A stretch of 64,000 bases of DNA, taken from the IMG/VR virus record IMGVR_UViG_3300042970_000016. The stretch is one strand, 5' to 3'. The notes beneath the pieces were generated by a model. It was not told the origin of the DNA. It saw nothing but the letters and a program-made list of their open reading frames with translations, and ran no database searches. The stretch is from a virus. Below, one piece after another: positions 40,901-48,595 of the stretch; position 1 is the first letter of the stretch, and each line of letters starts with the position of its first letter. The position numbers were made by a program, and so were the translations under genes.

Positions 40901-41307
40901 AACGTCGCAGACGCGAGGCACAGGGCGGCAATAATGGTGGTTCTGGCACATCGCAAGGCTTTAATAATGGAAGCGGCATCACAAGTGGAGGAACACCGTT
41001 AGAAGGAAATTATACTGGCTATGGTAATGGAAAAAATGGCGGTGGCAGTACCACTGAAGTGCATGAAAAGGCCCAAAATACGCATTTCTATATGTCTGTA
41101 AAGCTGGATAATACTCGAATCAATCGCGACGTGAATACTTACGTGCAAGAGATACTTCAGCATCTGATGAATGTGGATGATGCAAATGTCGATATCAGAT
41201 TGGAAGTGCAGGTGGACGCATCGAAAGGAATTCCTTCTTCAACCATCAGAACTGTTTCGGAAAACTGCAAGACATTAAAGGTCGATGACTTTGGATTTAA
41301 CGATTAA
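37891..41307 (+). CDS. Swt1-like HEPN + DUF499 AAA+ ATPase (1138 aa)
   Basis: N-terminal ARNRVSH (Rx4H); LPSWRDVIKPH.DV, FAADL, TAFGGGKTHS Walker A, LMDELV Walker B. Confidence 0.9.
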   Translation: MKNVDLIQKGFQILLPKLENYICQEMRGQYGDEWWEEARSSLSDQYGLPDDGTDEKLMSSLDVANCLRLIDRQWRSVFSLKMTKSHRNWASELMEARNRVSHIGSEDLDQQYTERTLDTMALLCESIDAEATSQIRTMYRQLRYDSVQEAAVDKKKVKAAVLTSKVGQSLPSWRDVIKPHTDVAEGRYKAAEFAADLAQVARGEGAYEYRDPVEFFHRTYVTEGMSGLLLEALRRVTGQGGEPVIQLKTAFGGGKTHSMLALYHMLHGNATIDEIPDLKPILERTGLQELPKVNIAVLVGTAMDPTKKKNPANFPGYTVSTIWGEMAYQLVTAAGKPDLYAKYIRDSDRKGVSPGSENLKNFFNECGPCLVLMDELVAYARKLYGKTDLPAGTYENFITFVQEITEAARASENSLVVASIPESDIEIGGEAGRGVLETIEHTFGRMESIWKPVAANEGFEVVRRRLFEDCKDVVARDEVCEAFSAMYQENEEDFSIEAKEVDYKQKLISCYPIHPEVFERLYGDWATLEHFQRTRGVLRLMAAVIHELWMADDESAMIMPGSLPLDMPNVRDELVRYLPDTWNSIIDREVDGKDSIPYQKDQANIRYGQHLSCRRVARTIMLGSAPSTSALRDQGLRGLEISRIMLGTVQPGESVANFKDALNTLHGSLSYLYNSSNGARYWYDTKPTLRKTAEDRATQFSQADVEMEIESRLKKIRREAPFSGVHICPATSNDVPDDQAARLVILRPCDFYIRRKDDCAAMTAAKDILDNRGTSPRLYRNMLAFMAADGDKLGALEQEVKRFKAWSSILSDKDELNLDGNQVRETESNLNRSNTTVEARLKEAYCWLLVPSIDRDEDVKKIIWDINDVGGGTDSIVSKAARKMEQSDQIITRWAPVMLQMELDQLLWKDSDHIQVNQLWNYLCTYCYLSKLASKSVLEETISQGVASDQYFAIAAAYDSDNHRYRDLKYGQTVFAINPTDLLVKMDVAKKQKEEERKAAEEEERRRREAQGGNNGGSGTSQGFNNGSGITSGGTPLEGNYTGYGNGKNGGGSTTEVHEKAQNTHFYMSVKLDNTRINRDVNTYVQEILQHLMNVDDANVDIRLEVQVDASKGIPSSTIRTVSENCKTLKVDDFGFND

Positions 41308-41340
41308 AGTTGTTGCCGCCTTATAGTAGGGGAAGAATAA

Positions 41341-43005
41341 ATGCCAGAGCGAATTTCAGAGCGACATTCTTTGAACGACACGTATATCCAGAGAATATTT
41401 CAAATTTCTGGTCTCCTTAAGATAGATCATAACAAGTATGGGACTGCGAAATATAACGCAAGCCTTATATATAATTGGCTGCGGGGTAAGTTTCAGAGTC
41501 TTCGACTGCCAGATAAAATGCGAACCGTTTCACGTGATAGAGCAGGTCAATCTGTTGACGTAATCTATGACTACCAAAAGCAGTATTTCTGCATGCTTGC
41601 ACAGCATCCAGATCAAGAAGTCCCTGGAAGAATGTGGTCCATAGAGGCCGAAATCATCGTACAAGATGAGAATGTTCGAATGGGAGCTAAGTTATCATAT
41701 TCAACACCTGTGGGATCGCAAGCATCGACGCCGAATTTTAGTATACCGAGATTTGTACGTGATATTGCTTATAAAAACGGAATATTTGATGGCTGGAGAC
41801 TTGAAAGGCAAGCAACCTATATTCAATCATCTGATGATTTGCAACGTATGATTGAATTATTAACAATGCGAGACAGACTTTGCCCAGTTATCGTAATTGC
41901 AGAGTGTGAAGAGAACGCACAAAATCCGTTTAAGTCAGGGTATCTTGTTGATCCGGATAAGCTGGCCAATAGTGTTTATTTAACCGCACATGTTATTGCC
42001 TTACCCGTGAAGTTCCAGGATGAATTTAGAAACGAAGTGGGAGAAAATTTAAAAGTATATGACGGTGCCGTACGGACATATTATCCCAACCTGAGTTTAG
42101 AAGATGATGACTATAAACGCCATCCGTTTTCAGCGCCGTCTGCTATTCTTGCAGCCAGTTATAGTGACGATGATGGAACAGATCATATAATGGGCGAAGC
42201 ATATCAATTTATGCTGGCCGATCGAATTCAGCAGTACAATAGTATGGCGAGAATTAAATGGTCTGAACTTGGACATAAATTTTATTATCAGGCGAATCGG
42301 GAACTACTGAAGGAAAGAATATCAAGCGCCGGAGATATTGATAAATTAAAGGAAGAGATCGCAAATCAGGAAAAACAATATGAAACTGAAATAAAATCTG
42401 CTGAAGATGCTGCTTATTCTGCAATGGAAGATACGGAAAAATATAAGGATCAGTTGGCAGAGGCAAGGGATACCATCCACCGATTGAACACAAGACTTGA
42501 GACTCTTCAGTATCAGCTGGAGAAATCTCAAGGGCAAGGCGCTATTGAAATACCAATTCCTGATACGTATGAAGAATTGCCTAAATGGGTTGACACATAT
42601 TTTCCTGGACGAATGGTGTTAAATTCAAGGGCATATAGATCACTTAAGGACGCGGAGTTCGAAGATGTTCATCTTGTATATCAGTCATTGAAATTGCTAG
42701 GAGATGAATATTGCAGAATGAGAGCCGGAACATTAACTCGAAATCAATTTGATGAAAAATGCCAAGAGTTAGGAGTTACGGAAAGCGGGTGCATTGCAGA
42801 TAGTAGAGCAGGAGAATTGGGAGATATTTACTTTATTCCTGACTACCATGGTCGTAGAGTCAAGATAGATCGGCATATAAAAAATGGAAGCGCTGCAACG
42901 AGAGACCCCAAGCGATGTATGAGGATTTACTTTTTCTGGGATGATGATATGCAGCAAGTAGTGATTTGCTATCTTCCGCAGCATCAGCAAATTAGGACTA
43001 GCTAA
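41341..43005 (+). CDS. Uncharacterised 554 aa protein, coiled coil plus possible RelE-like C-terminal domain
   Basis: Long AT-rich ORF with RBS; ends HIKNG...RDPKRCMRIYFFWDDDMQQVVICYLPQH. Confidence 0.7.
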   Translation: MPERISERHSLNDTYIQRIFQISGLLKIDHNKYGTAKYNASLIYNWLRGKFQSLRLPDKMRTVSRDRAGQSVDVIYDYQKQYFCMLAQHPDQEVPGRMWSIEAEIIVQDENVRMGAKLSYSTPVGSQASTPNFSIPRFVRDIAYKNGIFDGWRLERQATYIQSSDDLQRMIELLTMRDRLCPVIVIAECEENAQNPFKSGYLVDPDKLANSVYLTAHVIALPVKFQDEFRNEVGENLKVYDGAVRTYYPNLSLEDDDYKRHPFSAPSAILAASYSDDDGTDHIMGEAYQFMLADRIQQYNSMARIKWSELGHKFYYQANRELLKERISSAGDIDKLKEEIANQEKQYETEIKSAEDAAYSAMEDTEKYKDQLAEARDTIHRLNTRLETLQYQLEKSQGQGAIEIPIPDTYEELPKWVDTYFPGRMVLNSRAYRSLKDAEFEDVHLVYQSLKLLGDEYCRMRAGTLTRNQFDEKCQELGVTESGCIADSRAGELGDIYFIPDYHGRRVKIDRHIKNGSAATRDPKRCMRIYFFWDDDMQQVVICYLPQHQQIRTS

Positions 43006-43033
43006 TCGGAAAGATGAAGCATCAGGGAAAATT

Positions 43034-44014
43034 ATGGAAGATAATCAAGAAAAAGAGGCAGCACTTCAAGAGGCCGAAAGCAAGACGATATACGAACAGC
43101 AACGTCTAGATTATTATTTGAGTCTTCGATATGACTTCCAAGGTAGGAGTGTTAACCAATGGCTTCATAAGCTTTATGACGATGAGAGGTCAGTTTATAA
43201 ACCACTTAAAAGCCCATCATGGAACCAAGTTAGAAGGGAAGCGGGGATAAGCCTTTGGGAAAATATTGTGGCTAATTTTTCTACTTCAAAAAAGAAAGAA
43301 GTTGAAGACAAAAAGGAATTAACTCGCAGTCATCTTCAGGAGGAAATCGATAAAGAAAATGAACGCAGAAAAAATAAATGTGAAGAATCCGATGCCTTGC
43401 TAAGAGACAAAATTAGTAATATTTTTGGCCATATAAATTCCAATCACAGAAAAGAAGTTGAACAATATTTTTCATATGTTCTATATTCTGATAATTTAAT
43501 CTTCGATGGAACACAGTTTGATATAGATTTCCATCTGGCATATGATGAGAGCAAAAAATGTCTTGTTGCTGATTACAAATTGCCGATGATGAGTCAAATT
43601 CCACAGACTAAGAAATGGACTGTTAATAAAAATAATGAGATAAAAGAGCAATTAATGAATAAATCGGACTACATCTCTATGTATGAAAGAATAATATTTG
43701 ACGTATCACTTAGAGCTGTAGGTGTTCTTTTTGAATCTGATAGTAATAATTTACTTACAAGCATTGTATTCAATGGATCATGTGTGTTTAACGAATGGCA
43801 GAAAATGCCCACGATATTGCTGTCATTTGCCATTCAAAAAAACCAGTATTCTTATGACCGAGTCCGCAGAATGGATTTTGTGAGCAAAAGAGAAATAGCC
43901 AAACTGTCAGAAGTGGCTTATTTGGATGATATTCATTCTGATAAACCACCTGCAGATCTTTGGGAAACCCCTCCGAGTAAAATAGTTACACCGATTAGGT
44001 CGAGTCAATTTTGA
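43034..44014 (+). CDS. Uncharacterised 326 aa protein resembling the N-terminal part of long Mrr-family proteins
   Basis: LVADYKLP, LRAVGVLFESD, SIVFNG segments; no PD-(D/E)xK motif seen. Confidence 0.5.
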   Translation: MEDNQEKEAALQEAESKTIYEQQRLDYYLSLRYDFQGRSVNQWLHKLYDDERSVYKPLKSPSWNQVRREAGISLWENIVANFSTSKKKEVEDKKELTRSHLQEEIDKENERRKNKCEESDALLRDKISNIFGHINSNHRKEVEQYFSYVLYSDNLIFDGTQFDIDFHLAYDESKKCLVADYKLPMMSQIPQTKKWTVNKNNEIKEQLMNKSDYISMYERIIFDVSLRAVGVLFESDSNNLLTSIVFNGSCVFNEWQKMPTILLSFAIQKNQYSYDRVRRMDFVSKREIAKLSEVAYLDDIHSDKPPADLWETPPSKIVTPIRSSQF

Positions 44015-44264
44015 GCCTTATTAAGTGTCGTGCTAATTATGCCGCATGGCAATACAACTATCGCGGGCTGTGATTGCAAACATTTTAACGAAGCCAAACC
44101 TTTTAATGATTCAGAACTGAGCTCGAATTGAAGGGTGCAAAGCTGGTCGTATTGGGTTGCTCATAGTGCTCCTTGACGGAGTCTGAAGCCGCTGTAAGCC
44201 GGTGCCGGTGTGCGGGAAAAGTCCTATTTCAAGCTGTTTTGCACACTATTGCCTTGGTATCAAA

Positions 44265-44423
44265 GACGATCAGAAGATAGATATTCTTGGTAGGACCTAT
44301 GAATACTGTATTGCTCAGTTTGCAGCCAAGGAAGGCAAGGGTGGCGGAGAATTCTATACGCCTTCAAGTGTCTTGAATACGCTTGTTGCTGTACTTAAAC
44401 CGTATTCAAATTGCCGAGTGTAT
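44265..44423 (+). pseudogene. hsdM: Internal fragment of type I R-M methyltransferase
   Basis: DILGRTYEYCIAQFAAKEGKGGGEFYTPSSV...LKPYSNCRVY; homology stops just before the DPxCGSG motif; no 5' part. Confidence 0.88.
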
Positions 44424-44541
44424 GAAAACAAGACGCAAAATTGGATACAATTCAACGATTGCTCTCTCAGGGGTGTCGCTTGAGATTTAGGGGTGTCGGT
44501 TTTTACGTCATGGTTCATCGTTTGTGAGGAAGTAAAGAAAA

Positions 44542-45405
44542 ATGCGATTTGATTACATACCAAAAACAAGATCCTTAGCTGAGCGTAATTTCGGCTATGT
44601 AAGAGATTTCGATGGCTTTTATAGATTTATCGATGAGTACAATATTGTTGGATTAAATCCGTCCGCGAAGGCAGAAATGCTCAGTGCATCATATTTTTTG
44701 AGACTGCTTATGGATGGTTCATCTGCACGAGCGCATGTTGAGAGAGGTAACTGGGGGAAGAATGACGAATACTCCCAAGAGTTATATGACTTTGCTTCGT
44801 TGTTTGATCATGGGGATTTTTGGCAGCTTAAAGATGGTAGTGTAATCTTTACATCAATGCCATATACTCGTTCTGAAGAGGGAACCATCTTATCTTTTGA
44901 GTCCTTGGTAGAGGCGCTTTGTAAGTTGGAGCCATCATTTACCGAACCACAAGCGTTAAAGCTGGAGTTTCTTGACGATCAATACCGATATCGCCCAAAT
45001 GGAGATTTCTTCATTATGATCTACTATGATTCTGGATTGGAGCAGTTTGATCCGTCCATGTCAGAGCAGGAAATAAGAGATAGGGCTATAGAACATTCGT
45101 CTCGCAGAAATTTCAATCGCTATAATAGAAGAACGGTTACATATGTTCGTGACAAATACGTGAGCGAATATGCAAAAATTCGAGCACGTGGCATATGCCA
45201 GCTTTGTGGAGAACCAGCGCCGTTCTTAGATAAAAATGGTAGACCTTACTTGGAAACACATCACATCATATGGCTTGCAGACGGAGGCGATGATTCCATA
45301 GAGAATACAGTCGCTCTTTGTCCGAACTGTCACAGGAAAATGCATATATTGAACTTGGATGAAGATGTGGAGAAATTACTTAGAATTGCACAGGAAAATG
45401 TGTAA
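44542..45405 (+). CDS. HNH endonuclease, McrA-like C-terminal domain
   Basis: CQLC...YLETHHIIWLADGGDDSIENTVALCPNCHRKMH. Confidence 0.88.
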   Translation: MRFDYIPKTRSLAERNFGYVRDFDGFYRFIDEYNIVGLNPSAKAEMLSASYFLRLLMDGSSARAHVERGNWGKNDEYSQELYDFASLFDHGDFWQLKDGSVIFTSMPYTRSEEGTILSFESLVEALCKLEPSFTEPQALKLEFLDDQYRYRPNGDFFIMIYYDSGLEQFDPSMSEQEIRDRAIEHSSRRNFNRYNRRTVTYVRDKYVSEYAKIRARGICQLCGEPAPFLDKNGRPYLETHHIIWLADGGDDSIENTVALCPNCHRKMHILNLDEDVEKLLRIAQENV

Positions 45406-45486
45406 AAACCTTGTGTTCATTGTAGAGCACGTAAAATGAATGCAGTGGGGTGACTTTGATATAGAGAATCTTATGGAGGACAAATT

Positions 45487-45711
45487 ATGGAAAAGAAGAA
45501 GAAAAACAAATCAAAAATCGTCGGGTATGTTGTGGGCAGTGTTGTATTATGTGCAGCAACGGCAATAGCAGTTCCGTTGGTATTGCCAAAGGTTTCTGGA
45601 AAAATTAATAAAACTATGACTAAAAAAAGAAATGCGGACCATGATGATGACGATTGGGGACCTGTAATCGAGAAGAAGAATACTGAAAAGGAAGATGCCG
45701 ATGAAAATTGA
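45487..45711 (+). CDS. Small single-pass membrane protein (74 aa)
   Basis: GGAGG RBS; one hydrophobic helix flanked by basic residues; overlaps GTPase start. Confidence 0.75.
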   Translation: MEKKKKNKSKIVGYVVGSVVLCAATAIAVPLVLPKVSGKINKTMTKKRNADHDDDDWGPVIEKKNTEKEDADEN

Positions 45712-46018
45712 TACAGACCAGATGGCTCAACAATGTATTGATGCCATCAATGATAAAATCAAGAACCTGAAAACCTTGAACATTATTGTAATTGGAAAAT
45801 CCGGAGTTGGAAAGAGTACCCTAATCAACAGCCTTTTCAGAGGAAACTTCGTACAAACCGGATTAGGAAGACCGGTAACCTCTGAAATAAGAAAAATTGT
45901 AAAAAAGGATAATAAAAGCGAGCATCAGGTGTCCAGAGAAACTGGTGTTCCACAGCGGACCATTCACGACCGAAAGATAAAAATCTTGGCGAAATTAAAA
46001 AGACTCATGAATGAATGA
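45695..46018 (+). CDS. Chimeric ORF: GTPase N-terminus (72 aa) fused to sigma region-4 C-terminus (35 aa)
   Basis: GKSGVGKS P-loop and PVT, then abrupt switch at GAT 45908-45910 to NKSEHQVSRETGVPQRTIHDRKIKIL (HTH). Confidence 0.85.
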   Translation: MPMKIDTDQMAQQCIDAINDKIKNLKTLNIIVIGKSGVGKSTLINSLFRGNFVQTGLGRPVTSEIRKIVKKDNKSEHQVSRETGVPQRTIHDRKIKILAKLKRLMNE

Positions 46019-46026
46019 AGCTCTCG

Positions 46027-46059
46027 GCTCCCCCTCGCTGCATAAAGGCGAGGGGGAGC
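46027..46059 (+). terminator. Perfect 12-bp stem hairpin after sigma C-terminal fragment
   Basis: GCTCCCCCTCGC-N9-GCGAGGGGGAGC. Confidence 0.6.
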
Positions 46060-46277
46060 TATCCTTTGGAGATGATAGTAAAATAGGGACAATTAGTATT
46101 GTTCGTATGGTAATGTAGAACATGGCGAGTGCGGCACAACTCCGAGGAACACCTGAACATGACGTGGGGTCAAAACGTTTGCTGGTTTGATTGGGAAATG
46201 ATTTTTTCAATAAGGAAAAAGTAATTATTTTTTTATGCTCACCATCTAAGATAACCCTATCGAATTAGCATTTTAAA

Positions 46278-48002
46278 GGTCGGTTGAAATTCATACTTCC
46301 AGTTTGAAGCGGTAACTTCCATCTTTTGGAACATTTGCAGACCAAAGTCCAATTTCAGGAGGTCATCCTCTGTACAAATTCGCGCGGTTGGCCTATAAAT
46401 GGCTAATAGAAGCATCTGCTTCTGTAAATAAGCACATCAAAACCGGAGGTCGAACTTAAAGCCGAAATTTCGGTAATCGTAAGTTCCACCCCTGAAGGGA
46501 AACATGGGATGGCCCCCTTGGAGACCAGATACTCCGGCTTTACGTGTTTTATTTACTGAGGAGACTCGGCCTCAGAATGATTTCGTCGGCGGAAATCTTT
46601 TGAAGGCCGAGCTTTTTTAGTATCGCTTCACCGTATTCAAATGCAAACACTTCATATGGGCTCTTATTGCCGAGCGTGCCGCGCCCATAGGAATTGATAT
46701 GGCACATCATCAGCAGGATCTGCTCCTGCGAATACAGGGATATGTCCGTGTGTTTTGGAATAATGCGGCGGATCATTTCATGCCGCACTTCGCAGCTTCC
46801 CTTCTGGTAAGGAGCGCTTGCGTCGCAGTAAAAAACATGCGTGCGCTGATTACCGTTCGCGTCGAACTCGATCTTCTTTGGGTCAGAGAATTCGCTTCCG
46901 TTGTCCGCAAGACAGACGGGGAAGAGCCTCTTAAAGTCGACGGGACCGAGTTCAAAATAGAGTTTTGCAAAGATGTCGGTGACGGACTGGGAATCGTTTG
47001 CCTGACGCCAGTAAGCGAGCTGAAGGCCGGTGTGAACGAACGTAATCGTAAGCAGGACGGCGCCTCCCCGGATCCCCTCGACGGAGTCGAGTTCGACCAA
47101 AGGCGTATCCGGATGCCCTTTCATAAATACGATGAAGTCTTCCCGTTTACGTCCCTCCCGGCACTTCGGATCGATCTTAATGGTGTCCGGTTTCTTCCTG
47201 CGCGGGCTCATGCGGACCACCCGGGGCATGTCAATATTTCTTGCACTGAACAGACCATCCGATACGTAGGAATAAAGGGTACGTTCGCTCACCATGAGCT
47301 CTGCACGGTGATTTTCATAAATATGATGCAGCGATTGTCCTTTCAGCAGAAGCGGAGAAATGATACTGTCCAGCCGTTTGATCTCCAGCTCTGAAACGGC
47401 AATTCCCTCGCGAGACTCCTTCATAACCGTGGAGTATTCATCCTGAGCCTTGCCGGCATCATAAACCCGTTTTTCAAGCGTGCAGGAGCTCCGGTCGGGG
47501 CATCCGTTGCAGACATACGGCGGCTTGAGAAGCTTCCGGCAGGTCTCCTTTTTATAGAGTACGCATTCCGAAGTGCATCGTCCGCAGCCGGAGCAGCGGC
47601 GGGCACGGTCAGGGGAATATCTGCACTTACTGCAGGCGTCGAGTATGGAACAGGATTTACGCAGAGCACAGTCATTGAAAGCCCGCCCGTAGGCGCCGTC
47701 CTTCCGGAAGATAAGGTGAGCGCGCACTTCCTTGGAGATGGTGGTGCAGTCCTTGCCTGTCTCACTGGCGATCGTCTTAAATGAGTCGCGCCTGTCGAGG
47801 GCAGACTCGATGGAAACGCGGTCTTCACGTGTTAACTTTTTGTATTTTGCCATTTGGAACTCCCTTCCGCCGGGGTATCAGGGATGGGAGCCATAGACTG
47901 ATTGTAAGTCATTTTTCGGAAGGATTAACATCCAGTTTGGATTCGGAAGAATTAACTTCCACTTTTTCTCCGCTTGGGTGGAAGTATGAATTTCAATTCA
48001 CG
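46278..48002 (-). mobile_element. IS30-family insertion sequence, 1725 bp
   Basis: 23-bp imperfect terminal IRs sharing TTGAAATTCATACTTCC; flanked by TTAGCATTTTAAA at 46265-46277 and 48003-48015. Confidence 0.88.
46549..47853 (-). CDS. IS30-family transposase with Cys-rich insertion
   Basis: LTREDRVSIE...TISKEVR HTH; ELDSV, ADNGSEF, PYQKGSCE DDE motifs. Confidence 0.92.
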   Translation of the reverse strand: MAKYKKLTREDRVSIESALDRRDSFKTIASETGKDCTTISKEVRAHLIFRKDGAYGRAFNDCALRKSCSILDACSKCRYSPDRARRCSGCGRCTSECVLYKKETCRKLLKPPYVCNGCPDRSSCTLEKRVYDAGKAQDEYSTVMKESREGIAVSELEIKRLDSIISPLLLKGQSLHHIYENHRAELMVSERTLYSYVSDGLFSARNIDMPRVVRMSPRRKKPDTIKIDPKCREGRKREDFIVFMKGHPDTPLVELDSVEGIRGGAVLLTITFVHTGLQLAYWRQANDSQSVTDIFAKLYFELGPVDFKRLFPVCLADNGSEFSDPKKIEFDANGNQRTHVFYCDASAPYQKGSCEVRHEMIRRIIPKHTDISLYSQEQILLMMCHINSYGRGTLGNKSPYEVFAFEYGEAILKKLGLQKISADEIILRPSLLSK

Positions 48003-48038
48003 TTAGCATTTTAAAACATGCCCTATCAGATTTTCGTC

Positions 48039-48088
48039 TTGACAACCGTTCGATTTTGAACTATAATTTTACGTGTTCAAAATCGAAC
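48039..48088 (+). promoter_or_regulatory. Consensus SigA promoter with two MarR-type operators
   Basis: TTGACA-N17-TATAAT; GTTCGATTTTGAAC (48048-48061) and its reverse complement (48075-48088). Confidence 0.85.
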
Positions 48089-48113
48089 ACTAAGGTGCGT
48101 GAGGTAATTACAT

Positions 48114-48566
48114 ATGAAAAACAATTTTTGGAACATGCTCAAAGAAGTTGAAAGCGCCTATAATTTTCACCGCAGAAAAGTTATGAACAAATATTCTCTC
48201 TCGGCAATAGAAGTAGATGTTATGTTATTCCTTGCGAACAACGGCGGCCTTAATACGGCTGCCGATATTGTATCTGTACGAAAAATATCCAAATCTCACG
48301 TCTCACTGGCGACAGACGAGCTTTATAAAAAAGGGTACATTTGCAAAAAAGTAGACTCGGCGAATAGAAAGCGGATTTGTTTGTTTATTACTCCAAAGGC
48401 CGATGAGATAGTCCGTTATGGGCAAGAACAACAGGAAGAATTCATGAAAAAGATCGGTGACGGGTTTTCGGAAGATGAGAAAAGGCAGTTCTTCGACTCT
48501 TTTGATCGAATCATTGACAATGTCCGCCGCTTCTACAACGTGAAACCGAAAGAATCAACGGACTGA
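48114..48566 (+). CDS. MarR family transcriptional regulator
   Basis: ISKSHVSLATDELYKKGYI...DSANRKRICLFITPKA winged HTH. Confidence 0.9.
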   Translation: MKNNFWNMLKEVESAYNFHRRKVMNKYSLSAIEVDVMLFLANNGGLNTAADIVSVRKISKSHVSLATDELYKKGYICKKVDSANRKRICLFITPKADEIVRYGQEQQEEFMKKIGDGFSEDEKRQFFDSFDRIIDNVRRFYNVKPKESTD

Positions 48567-48595
48567 TGGAAAGACAAAAGAAACGGAGGACAATT

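Noticed and set aside
40915-41060. Gly/Asn-rich stretch in the DUF499 protein as an insertion
   Set aside because: In-frame low-complexity linker before the small C-terminal domain, usual for this family
46278-48002. IS30 as the agent that inserted the 5.5 kb module
   Set aside because: The IS has its own IRs and flanking repeat well inside the module, and the module junctions are not at IS ends
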